A stretch of 45,653 nt of DNA from Klebsormidium nitens (taxonomy: Eukaryota; Plantae; Klebsormidiophyceae). Within the stretch, counting starts at the first letter, position 1; the number at the start of each line of letters is the position of its first letter. The stretch covers positions 1 to 45,653 of the forward strand of contig DF237613.1 of the NCBI GenBank assembly GCA_000708835.1, written 5' to 3'. The notes under the pieces are model-generated. The model ran no database searches and had not been told where the DNA came from. It was given only the letters and a program-made list of their open reading frames with translations. The translations under genes and the position numbers were made by a program. Positions 33,401 to 45,275 of this stretch are shown one piece after another.

Positions 33401-36400
33401 GTGCTCCATGTACTCCATCACCATGAAGATGCTGCGGGAAGAGATGGAGCGGACATGGTTAGTGAACGTGGTTAACGACTTTCAGTAGTCTGGGTCTGGC
33501 CTGTTGGGGGTTGGTTTAGCGGGTTAAGGTTCTGGAGGGTGTGCTCCATGTACTCCATCACCATGAAGATGCTGCGGGAGAAGATGGAGCGGACCTGGTT
33601 AGTGAACGTGGTTAACAAGTTTCAGTAGTTTGGGTCTGGCCTGTTGGGGGTTGGTATGGCGGGTTAAGGGACTGGGAGGTTGTGCTCCATGTTCTCCATC
33701 ACCATGAACATGCTGCCGGGGAAAGAGGGAGCGGACATGGTTAGCGAAGGTGGTTGAGCAGGACGCTGGTTTGGAGATAGTGAAGGGCGTGGTTAGGAAA
33801 TTCTGGTCATGCCTTAAGACGGACTTAGTCACCATGAACAAGCTGCGGGAAAGACAGAGCAGAGCTGGTTAGCCGGCGAAGTTGATGGGTTTCGGAAGTC
33901 TGGGAATTGGCGATGGTTCAGCCAACCGAGATAAGGAAGGTCGCACTTCTCCATGCTGTAAGGAGCGGAATCGGAGATGGTTAGCGGGACAATCTCAGAC
34001 TTCCTCATCAAAGAAAACCTTGCACGATGATTGGCGAATATGATTAGCCGAACGAATGAACGAACTACGAGTATTGCTCAAAATCTTCACTGCCATGAAG
34101 ACTTCAAGCACAACTCATCGAGAACAACAGGAAACAGCAGTCATGGTCAGCGGGCACAGGGAAATCAAAAGCACAGCGAAAGGGCGGGACAGGGGTGATT
34201 ATAATTTCTTCGAATCTTCAAAACTTGTGGATGCGTGTCACCGATTCTAAGAATCATTCGAACGGTAAACAATATCGAATCTGGAAACGAAAGATTTTGT
34301 GACCTTGCGAGAAGGTCGTAGACTTTTGAAGCTACCAAGCACGCCGAGGTTGTGTATTGTATTCAACTGCCTCGGGGGCCGAGTACTGCGAGAGTGTCGC
34401 TTTTCTTCGAGCAACAGGACACACATCCACAAAAGAACACAAATCGACAAGGCGTACACAGCCGACGGGTGGGTAGCAGGCTAGGCGACACAAGAATACA
34501 TCCTGAAAAAGCACTCTGCTCGAAACAAAGTCTGACCAATCTGCAAACAAGACAAAACCAGACTCGTTTGATTCGTCTGAGGACGAAGCTTTGCTTCATC
34601 AAGCGCAAGCGAAACGAGGTCGCATGTGCAGTTGTGCACAACAATTGCGGTCACTCGCCCCAAAGACTCAGAGATTATGATCGAACATACAGGGAAGCAC
34701 ACACATTTTGGCCAGCTTCAAGTATGCAGAAGATATCCAAACGATTACGAGAAGGCAGCAAAGACGGCGCAATTCTTCTGCATGGAAAACAGAGGGCTGA
34801 AACTCAATGCAGTTGAGATGTAGAAACAACATTCCAGTATGATGTTCTGCTGGCTCGCCCTTGGAAGGGTCCTGGACCAGAGACATTGCTATGCAGTCGC
34901 AACAACCTAAAGGCACCCCTCATATAGCAGCCTGGCAAAGCTTCGACTACCATCGGGCTCAGCTACAACCAATCGAAACGAGCAAGAGTCCGGGAACGTA
35001 GACTCGCTTGCTTCGAAGCAGATTGCCAACAGGAACCCACGTTCGGTTCGTTTCCTGCAACTGAGCAATATCTACAGCTTGAAAGGACGTGGTGAAAGTG
35101 GCAGCAACATCAAGAAACTGAATCCAAACACATCACGGGTACAAAATCAAAGCAGGGGATAGCTAGGCATGTCCGCGCTCGAGCTAGCTTTGACAACCTT
35201 TCGTGCTCAAGAGCTTCACAAGGCTTGCCTGAACCCCAAGAGGCCCTGCAAGGCAGCTGCTCCCCATCCTGCCAAGTACACGAGAATCTATATTCCCTTG
35301 ACCACATTGCTTCAGATTCATAAGAGTAATCCAATGAATCTTCTGCGGATAGCAGATAGAAGCACCAGAAATGAGCAATCTCCTCACTATCCTTTGCAGG
35401 CTGAGACAGGCAGAATACGACACAAGATGAGCATAAAACGGAGCAACGGCTAAGGTCGGGTGCTGCATGCGGTTGCGTGCTTGCGCTTTTCGCTGCGTGT
35501 CACCATACGGAGACCTCTTTGCAGTCGGCTCCTGGAGGGAGGAAAAGCATTCAGCACGAGATGCACAACCATGCTACATGCTTAGCAACGAAACTTCAGA
35601 GACTGGCAACACCATATCTTCAAGGCATGCCAACAAGTTGTTGACTGCTTGCAGCATCTATTCCAGCATGCCAACAGAAAAGTTGACTGCTTACAAACCA
35701 ACAAGTCTACATAATAGGCAGATGCCAGAGCGAGTGGCCAGGATAGGGAGGAAGGATGGGGAGTATCCTCGTAGGTCCACCTGATGCGGCTTTGCGTGCC
35801 AAGACCACTAGGCAGGCGCTATGCCCCACAGCGAAAGCTGCCAGTGACGGCTGCAGGTGGAGGGACACGATCCAAGTTTAGCACGGGCTCCAGTGAAAGA
35901 GGCTGAGAAAACAGGAAACCAGTTTGCGTTCTGGTTGCTTTCCATGAGAACCGGTTTGATGGTATTGCGAAGTCAGAATCAAAATGCAGCATGCTGATAC
36001 CAATACGAAGGAGTCTGACAGCAGGTCAATACGATTCCCTCTTTGCAAATCAGTCATGATTGCAGGGGTGAGAATTATGAAAAGTGGCAACTCTTTGCCC
36101 CTGATCATCTTCAAGAGATGGAACCGGAGGTGGTTGCGAGCAGCAACGAACCGCCAGTGCCGCCTACCTTTTGAAACCTTTGGTGTGCACAGCAGCCAGG
36201 CACTTGAGATTGCGAAGAGTCTCGCTTGAAAGAACTAGGAAGGAACCAGCAATGCAAACAGAAACTCAGGGCTCAAAGTAAGATCGAGGCAGGCAAGATT
36301 GAGAATGAAAGAAGCAGGTGTGAGCTACATTACCTGTCCAGATTGTTCCCCACAACCACCTCCTTGACGTCCACAATTGAGGGGTGGCGATCGAAGGAGA

Positions 36401-38558
36401 GGAGGATGTTGATTTCTCGAAGCGACGTCATTGGGAAGCCCTCCCTTTCTTTCTCCATCTTGACCTTTTTCAAGGCCACGATCTCGCCCGTCCTCTTGTC
36501 CTTTGCTTTATACACCACCCCGTAGGTGCCTTGCAAGCGAGAGGGAAAAGAAGGTTCAAGAATCAGAAGCCTGCTAACTTACCAGACAGTTCAACAAATG
36601 AGCTAAGCTTCTGGTCGACAGATCTGCCAGGATTTCGTTGTCTCATGACTCCTGGCAAGACCATTTGCTCTTTGCGAGCGGAATCAATAACCCAGAACAG
36701 ACCATGAAGGCACACAAACCAAGCTCCAAACTTGAGTATGCTGAAATTCCATTGAAATTGTTCCAAAAGCATTGCAAATCATATTACCAGACTGGCAGAC
36801 TAAAAGCATCGCAGATCATATAACCAGACTGGCAGACTAAGTTAGAACCAGACTCCGCAGATAAGTACCACCACCAAGTGCGTTTTTCAGTTACGCAGCA
36901 ACACCCCTTCCGACAACTTATTCTTTGCTCTGACTCCTCAGCAAGCACACCTCCAAAAATGCCACCTCGGAAGGTTACGGTACATACAGGGAATAGTTCA
37001 CCTCACCTTCATCAATCTTGTTCAGCCGCTCAAACTCGTCCACGCTCCTGCACCCCTCCAGCATGTTCACCTTGGGCTGCTCTTGCAGCACGGGGTTCCC
37101 GGGATCCTCGTCATCGCTGCTCACACTCCCCGGCCGACCGAGCTCCTCCTCCCCCTCGCTCTCATTATCTATCTCTTCCAACTCTCGCCTGTTCAACTCC
37201 CGCTCATATGAATCCCCCCTGCTGCCACTCTTCTCGCCTCTCTCAGTACTCAGAGTCACATCCCCACCTTTGACGGCCGGGGACGGTTCCCCTTCGATCT
37301 CGCCTTCTTCGCCAATGCGCAGATTGTTACGGCTGCCGGCCACGCTAGCAGGCCTCCGCTTGAACCCCATATCTTCTCTATCCTCCGAATCCAGCCGCCG
37401 CTTTTTGCCACTTCCCAGAAGTTCTTTAGCCCTCCCTTCTTCTTCTGGACTCAACTCCTCCGGCTCTAACCACCGGGATCTCAAGAGACCTTGGCCTTTG
37501 TCCTCCTGGGCCTGCGGAGAATCAGGCAACTGCCCGGGTTCCGGAGACTCCCCACGAGCGGCTGCTTTTGGGGGGGACCCGTCGGACAGCGCTGAAGAAG
37601 ATGAGGAGGACACCGAGGGCGACCGAGGGTCACGGGGCAAGTCAACTTGCTCATTTGCAACTGCTCCAATTGCAGGTTGCTCCAAAGGCTTCTGATCATC
37701 CATCTTCGCCGGCTGCATATCCTTCTCTTGATCCTTAAGTGACTGCCTTTCTTTCTCACGGGAAGCATCCCTTTGCACGTCCCGTTGCCCCTCAATCCTC
37801 TCATGCGCACGGTGCTTGGGCCGGCCCCTGCTCTCATCTTCCCTGTGCCTGTGATGACGAGGCCCCTCTTCTCTCCTCTCGCCATCCCTTGGACGATCCC
37901 CACGATCGTCCCTACTGTTCCGGCCTTCCGCCTTTCTTCGATCCTCAGTAGCCCGGTCTTTGCCAGGTGATACTCTCCGCCTCTCCCGTGACTCGCTCCT
38001 GTCCCTTGAAGAATCTGCCCTCTCACTTCCAGCAATGCCTTCAGCAACCCGTCTATCGCCAGCCTTTCTTCTATCGTCTAGCATTGCGGTTGGCGGTCTT
38101 GCAGGCGCTGGAGGGGGTCCTCCTAACCTAGATTTAACAGCTGGTCTCTCATCTGCCGCCCTCGGTCCGCTTCCCAAAGCACTATCTTTTCCACCCTGCG
38201 ATTTGTCCCAAACGATTGGAGAGTACTTTCTCTTCTTAACCTCCTCCCGGCTCTCCTCTTCGGCACTTCTTTTCTGTGGAGGCAAACTCTCATCCTGTCC
38301 CCGCCTCCGCTCCATAGTCCGCCTGGTATCCTCCCCATTCTCACGCTCGCCTCTTCTATACTGTCCGCTAACATTTGGATCCTCTCTCTCCCTTTTACCA
38401 TCCTTTTCCAGCTTGCTTGCTGACCCAGGCATTTGGGTTTGTTCAGCCCTGCGAGGGTCCTTTCTCCCTTCGACCCTGATTTTTTCAGCGCTGTCATGCG
38501 ACGCTTGCTCCGAGACTCCTTTCCTGTCCGCTCTTTCCCCCTGTCCTTTCTCAGACAT
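30419..38558 (-). CDS. CDKG: Cyclin-dependent kinase G / CDK11 (PITSLRE) family with Arg/Glu/Ser-rich N-terminus (~858 aa)
   Basis: Exons 38558-37007, 36529-36334, 33431-33153, 32717-32582, 32005-31914, 31651-31540, 31033-30927, 30521-30419. Motifs: [69 protein letters not shown]-terminal MPTFP. Confidence 0.95.
33401..33965 (-). repeat. ~140-bp tandem acceptor echoes in the long CDKG intron
   Basis: CAG|CAT(C/G)TTCATGGTG.. starts at 33431 (true), 33571 and 33712; decayed copies start at 33842 and 33955. Confidence 0.92.
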
Positions 38559-39489
38559 GCCAGCTTGCGCAAGGATGCCACCTGTCTGAGCTGTTTTCAC
38601 CACAAACTCATTCAAGACCTTTTCAGTCTCCGAAAGAACAGACCCCCCGCCAACCACTTGCCTTTCTGCTGGAGGCTTCGACTCTTACCCCTACATATCT
38701 CAAAGTCGCTGTCTACAGCGACGCAGAAAAGCTGCACAGCGCAGAGCCGCCTAGCTGCTTACTTTGAAATGGCTCCCTCGACGAATCTCTGCATGACTCT
38801 GAGTCTCTGCATGCGTTGCCCAAGTCCGTAAATTTTTAAGAAAAATCAATCTTTCTTTCATTGCAATTAAAATTACGACCTACCTTGTTTTGTCGAGGTC
38901 AGGAAATGTCAGGAAATCCATTCAGGAGCAACCCGCGGTGTCAAATGAGGCTCATATCCCGACCAAACACTCAACCCACTGCAAAGTGGTCGAATTTGCT
39001 GAGATTCAGAACCGGCCCGAGCGGTTGACACTGGATTGGCGAAAGGAGGAAGAAGGGAGCCAGCTCTCGACGTCTCCCACCACTGCCAGTGCCAGCTCTC
39101 TCTTTTTGAAGTTTGAAATTGAAGTCTGTGGATTGAATTTGTAGCTTGCTGCTTCAGCCTTCAAAGGACTTTCCTTGGCCACCATGCAAGGGCTCGCTGG
39201 CACGCAGGCCAATGCTTGCCTATCGACTTCGGTGCGTGGTGATCACGATCATCTGCTGGTTTTCAAGCTGCCTTTCATCGACACAACCACCACTTGGGAG
39301 CCGCGCTTGGTGCAGTGATTGATGTCGATAGCCATACTTACTATTGCCGATTGTGGTACATTACAAAGGGCATAGCACTGGCTTCCTGTCAAGGGGAGGA
39401 GAAGGATCTGTCAAGAAAATGCCATGGTTCCTTTTGATCAGAATCCTTGAATTGAGGGCTTAGCGCGGGGCTACTGCGCCAGCGTCACC
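38559..39489. promoter_or_regulatory. Probable divergent promoter/5'UTR region (CDKG <- -> SDR)
   Basis: Head-to-head arrangement. Positional inference only. Confidence 0.35.
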
Positions 39490-42400
39490 ATGATTGCCTG
39501 CCACAGAGGTTCTCTTGCACACCACCCAAGACTGAAGAGCCAACTGTGTTGTCGTATTCAGTTGCAACAATCACTTAGAATCGCTCCGCATGGCAGCCAG
39601 CCTAGGCTCGTCCAGAAAGTCCCCAAGCGATGGCATTATAGATCCATCTCTGTGGTGCGGGCAAGCCAGGCAAGTGATAGTGAGCCTAATGAAGAGACAT
39701 CACTTTCCTTCATGACACGTAGATCAGCGTGCGTCGCATTCAATGCTGCTGTCCTAGCCGCGTGCTTGGGTCCAGTGTCGCCTTTGAATGCATCCCCGCT
39801 GAGTGGTGATGATCCTGATCAAGCGCTGGACCAGCGAGCGGGGGGCTCCGTTGGAGAAGAGAGCAGTGCAGGACCGTATGTAAGAAGTCACGAGCGGCAC
39901 GTGGTCATCACTGGGGGCAACAGTGGTGCGTTTCATTTGTGACAGCTGTTGGCATGTCATTAGTATGGGTCAGAACACACATAAGTCCCCCTCATACCGA
40001 TACTGGCTTTTTCTTCTTTCCTCTGACTGTAAAGAGAAGGCTGATGATTCAGCACATTGGTACCCTCTTGGTGTTAGACTGAGAATGGCCACTCAACTTT
40101 ACTTAGTCTCGCTTCTTCCTTGGCTTCTTGTTTTTCCACTGAAGTCTGAGCCTGCAGTTATGTTGTCCCCTCTCTTGAGTATGACTCCAAGCCATCTCCC
40201 CCGTAAATAGACACCTTGTTGATGCCACTGTTGATTGCAGCAGCCTTAAAATTTATTTTCTTTTGTCACATTCCAGGCATCGGCAAAGCCACTGCAGTTG
40301 CCTTGGCAGGCATGGGCATGCACATCACTCTTGGTAAGTGGTCAACTTCGTCAGCTTCCGGTTTGGCAAATATCCTTTCGATGAAGGTATCTCACAACTT
40401 CGTACTCACTGTTGACGAGGAAAAAGGATACGCTTTGGTTACCGCTCTGCTTGCTGCTAGTGTGCCCAAATCTGGTAATATGCTGCCACACTTGTCGTCT
40501 GTTTCTAGCAGATTCATCTTTAACAACTTCTCTGTAGCTGACACTCCTGTCTTTTATCGCTGTAGCCAACACTGCTATTTCTTACCTTAGGCGATCAAAA
40601 GTCCTGACCTTTGCTTCGTATGTATCGGTCTCAGAAACCGAGTTTTTCGTGTTGCCTTCACACAACCGCTTCTCTGCACAACTTCTGAAAGTCCAGAACG
40701 TCTACGTAAGTGTCAAGATTCGACATTCAAAGCTCCACAAGCAACTCTGCTTCAGCGTGCAGAAACCAGGCGCGCGGCAATGCGGCTGCTGCTGACATTT
40801 CTGAGAAGACAGGCAACGACTCCGTTCGCAGCATGCTGTGCGACCTTGCCTCACTGCGGTCTGTCCGCGAGTTTGCTGAGAACTACCAGAAGACGGGTCG
40901 GCCTCTTGACGTTCTCGTAAGGGCTACTTTCTGTTCGCAGAAGTTGTGCTCATACTAAGTGGCCGTTAGTTTGTCAAATTCCATCACAGCTTTGCTAGTC
41001 TTTCCTTGCAACCTGCGCTTACAGCCACTTTCTGGGCGCGAAATTCAAGAGCCTCTGTTTGCACGTTGCAAAACTCGCTAGAGTACAAGACGCATGCCTT
41101 ATCTTGGCCTGTTTTGAAAGTCACTCGCTTTTCATCAGAATTCAGGACTCGTTGCACGATTTGAGAACTGACTGCTTCGAACTCCAGAGCAATGCATGGC
41201 TTTTGAGTGGTTGGCCCAGTCAATACCCTCGTGTGAGGAGCTTCGAGTTTCACCGTTGACCTTGACTCAAAATATGCGGCTCAATTGACGTCAACATTTT
41301 GAACAAACGTGCGTCTTAAAGCCCAGGTCGCATAATAAACAGGCTGAAAATACGAATACACAAAGCATCGGTCTGCCAATATGGGTCCATCTTTCCATCA
41401 TCGTGTCTCGAAAGGACGATCTCCCCTCTTTTCTGTCCCGGCAGGTAAACAACGCTGGCATCATGGCTTGCCCCCAGATGTTCACTGAAGACGGCTTCGA
41501 GATGCAGCTCGGCGTCAACCACATGGGCCACTTCCTGCTGACGTCACTCCTGCTTGGGACGCTTGCCTCTAGTGCGACCCCTGGGTAGGAGTCCATCATT
41601 CAGTTACAGGATCCTCTTTTGCTGCTTCTGCCGATCAGTCCGATTCTGTCACCACGCAGTCCTTCGATCCAGTAGATGTAGCTACTCTTGTTCTAGTTTT
41701 TATCGAAGGCTGCTTAGCATGTTTTTCTAAAACGAGACAGCTTTCGAGATCTGGTCGCGCTTAAAGTTTGCCGCAATTGGCGGAGACACAGGTAGTAACG
41801 CAGCTCCTCGATGTCTGCGTGCTTCTTTCCCTTCTTCTCTTGACACCACGGAGATGACGAGGTTCAATTTCGTCATCGAATCTAGCAGCCTTCGTAGAAA
41901 ACACGCAAACAAGAATCCTCTGGAGGGCTGCCTGTGTTGCTTATCGACGCGAGTGCCCGTTCTTTGATCGATCTCAGTCCTCTCAGTCGCTAATCTGCAC
42001 AGGGCACGAGCGTCCTGCAAACCTTACTCGGTCGTTGCCTCGAGGATGCTTTTCGCAATAACGAGAACGAAGTAGATGAAGCCGATTGGGAACAATGGGT
42101 CAATCAAAGTTTAGGTCTTTCTTTGCAATCCGACAACTTTTTTGTTTGTGTCGTTACCCCCATGAGCGATCTCGATCATTTTTCTCGGGCTCCTTAAACT
42201 GGCACCCAAGATGTTCTTTTCGACGGAGTATTCGATAGTTGCGACAAAGGCGGGGAGTATAGCAAGTCGTCGAAAACCGAAAAGTCCGCACTCAGTAGAT
42301 TGCAGACGGGCCATGCAACATCTTGGGTGCGAAATTAAGGTGTCCAAGTTGGTTTCTTTCACACAGGCGTCGTACCCGGGTCGTCAACGTGTCTTCTCAG

Positions 42401-44003
42401 GCGCACCAGCTGGGGAGCATCGACTTCGACGACCTCAACTTTCAGGGAAAACGAAGTGAGGGGCGGCGGTTTGCAAGACAACTGGCTATCCTTCTTATCG
42501 TCGTGCATGATGGTCCGATCCTCAACAACAGGTCTGACTTGGACTTGTGCGCTCCTTCAAGTCGTTGCATCGTGTAGTGTTTCCAGTCAGAGAACGTTCC
42601 CAGCATGAGTGGAAGCGAGAAGAGTCCTAGCAGTTTTGAAGCGTTTGCTTTGGACGCCCTTCTGCAGTATGCGGACAGGTTCAAACTGTTCTCAGCACCA
42701 CGATGTATTCGTAGTGTTCTCAGCAGATTGGATGCAGACGCTGGATTCACACATTTCACGCTCTGAAACAGGGTTATAGAAAACGGACGCTGGGAGTCAC
42801 ACATGCAACAGGTTGAAAGATGGTACTTGAAGAACATCAGGCCGCCTTTCAAGCTTTCAAACACTTACGGACGCAGTCTGATTCGGACGGTTCTCAGCGC
42901 TGCAGAGTACGGACGCTGGGAGGCGTACGCACAGAGCAAGCTCGCCAACATTCTCTTTACCAAGGAGCTAACGAGGCGCTGCGCGGAGCGCCAAGTGCCG
43001 ATCGACGCCAACGCGTTGCATCCGGGCGTTGTTGATACTCAGGTAGGCGCTTGAGGAAGTTTATTCACAGAAAAGCAGGTCCGGTTCGTTCAAAGGAAAG
43101 ATTGTGTTTTTGACTTTTGAGCGCGACTTCACGACCCATTGTTTTTGGAAGCTTGGTCGCAGAAGCGACGCCCTTCGCTGCACAATAATGTTATCTCCGA
43201 TCCACCTGCGTGATTGTTTGTGGCTCCACTGTCTCAGTCTCGCTGCTCCAGCGATAGGGTGTGCTGCGCTGGACTCTTTCGCAAAACTGACACTAATGGG
43301 ATGAAGACCGGATTGGATAGAGTAAGAACATCTCTTGCTCACTTGGCGGCCGTTGACTAAGTGTCAGAACTCCTTTCTCTGCTGCAGTTAGTCCGCTACC
43401 TCTTGCCGGCGCAACTCCTGGAGGCGCGAGACAAGGATCCTACGAAAAGCTCGGCGTTTGCGAAGTTCATCGGGTTGAGAGTAAGCCTATCTGAACGAGC
43501 TCGTGCAATTCTGAAGCGTTAGGGATGTACGGATCATTGGCTGACTCCTAGGTTCTGCAACTTTTCAGAAGCTGCTGAGGGAACATGCACTTTGATACGC
43601 TTTGGCATCAAAGCATGCGCGTCGCGTTGTCTTTCAAGCAGACTGTCAGAAGTGGGATTTTATCAGTATGACAAGCCGCTTACCGAAGTGCAGAAATTCG
43701 CAGGTTAGGTTACTTATGTGAGAGCAGATCAAAACCGGCTTCTAAATATAACATGGGTTTTCCGTGCAGACTCCCGAGGAAGGGTCATCGACCGTCGTCT
43801 ACCTTGCATCGTCCCCTTATGTTGAAGGCGTTTCGGGCGGCTACTACGATGATAGCAAGCCAGCAGAGCCTTCGAAATTGGCGAAGGATCCCGACTTGGC
43901 ATCACGGTTGTGGACTGTAAGTCAAGAGCTCACTAGTGCGCCCGACTTCGAAACGAGCCTGAGCGTCCCGACAAAGACTGCCCTGTGGTTATTGCCAACT
44001 TAG
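39490..44003 (+). CDS. Short-chain dehydrogenase/reductase, retinol dehydrogenase 11-14 / Tic32-like, with plastid transit-peptide-like leader (~448 aa)
   Basis: Exons 39490-39925, 40277-40333, 40756-40916, 41445-41584, 42367-42455, 42906-43042, 43388-43480, 43770-44003, phase-consistent. Motifs: [61 protein letters not shown]. Confidence 0.93.
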
Positions 44004-44735
44004 GAGCTTGACAGTTATTTTCATTCTTTTTAATAAGGCTGACCTATGGACCAGATATGCAACGCGGATCTCGATGGAGAATGAGAAATAGGCGGCTGGG
44101 TGCAGCAGCTGGGATGCATGACGTTGTAACAACGCCCTTCTGGCACCTATGAAATCTCGTTGATCGGCGCAAGATACATGTCCGGCTGTTGTTCAAAGAG
44201 TTACAGCATATGTCCCTTTTCAGCTAGGTTATATCAAGTGGCTTCGGGCAGATTCATGATTTCGCGCATGTTAGCTATCCGTCAATCTAGCTGACCGCTC
44301 CATGATTACATATCCAAATCTCGGCCTGCATGTCGATCCATGCGCAAACTTTTAGTACGTACCGAGCGGCTGCAGTACGTTGTCAGAACAACATACTCTT
44401 CTTCTACCGATATTAAAATCTGAAGGAAGCATGCGCCGAACCGTCAGGCTCGTGCGTACTCATGCATCTGGCTTTCTTAACGATCACATGGGCCCCGACA
44501 ATCCTTTCGGACTACTGCTACCGCATGCAATTATAAGATATCAATTTTGATAGCCAGGATTTTCCATACCTTAACAAAAACCTGCCGGATCCAATGTTCT
44601 CGAAGTTCACCGGTAAATGTCACATGCTTTGATGGGGCCCGATTCCTTTTCAGAGGCTCTGGTATTGAGAGCGTCGAACCTGACACCAGTCGTGAAAGAC
44701 CTACGGAATAGGTACTTTGAATACTTTCAGTGTTA

Positions 44736-45275
44736 GGGTATCGTCATTTTGTAACTGGTACCCCCCCATTCATAAATCGACCCTTTTTTTCTCGAAGCCA
44801 CCTTACCAGGACCCCCTGGTGGCCCTTTCGGGCCACCAAGCCACAAGTCTCCCCCGCCCCCTGGCTTATTGGCTACAGAAACTCCTTGGGCCCCGGAGCC
44901 CAGATTTTTGCTGCGAATATTTGGATTTTTCTGCAAATTTGGATTTTGACAAAATCAAGACCTGATTTATGAGGTGTCTACTGTTAAGAGCACTTTCTGT
45001 GCATTCTGCTCAGGAACGGCTTATAACAGGCATACATTTTGGTCGTACTGCTGGTTCTACAGGTGCGAATATGTATGTTTATGTGGGTTACTTTGTGACC
45101 AATCCAGCTCCTGGCCGGCCTAGTTGGGCCTTCCGCCCAAGCCCCAAGCCTCCCCCCCCTCCGCCCAGGAGAATGGTTATTCCCCTAACCACCCCCCCTG
45201 GATGGCTTCAGCCCATCAGTCAGGCCTCTAACGGGTACCCCCTAAATATGAATGGGGGGGTACCAGGTACAAAAC
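44736..45275. mobile_element. Non-autonomous (MITE-like) element related to the Zator-like transposon
   Basis: TTA|GGGTATCGTCATTTTGTAACTGGTACCCCCCC left end. A 28-bp inverted repeat pairs 44747-44774 with 45247-45274 (1 mismatch). No recognisable coding content. The right end lacks the outermost TIR bases. Confidence 0.6.

Noticed and set aside
5870-33965. Echo arrays as CRISPR arrays or mobile-element repeats
   Set aside because: Each array is a copy of its own host exon boundary, with no unique spacers, cas genes, TIRs or TSDs.
33900-36300. ORFs within the long CDKG intron as a nested gene
   Set aside because: No motifs or coding-like bias seen.
36975-38589. Long plus-strand ORFs opposite CDKG exon 1, and similar ones opposite synaptotagmin exons
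   Set aside because: Antisense shadows of low-complexity coding sequence. The Arg/Glu/Ser-rich N-terminus itself is normal for CDK11/CDKG.
39006-39185. 59-aa ATG ORF upstream of CDKG as a regulatory uORF
   Set aside because: No evidence that it is inside the transcript; it may be promoter sequence.
3861-44735. One giant composite transposon using the two related TIRs
   Set aside because: The two TIRs face away from the intervening DNA, differ in sequence, and bracket ordinary intron-rich host genes.
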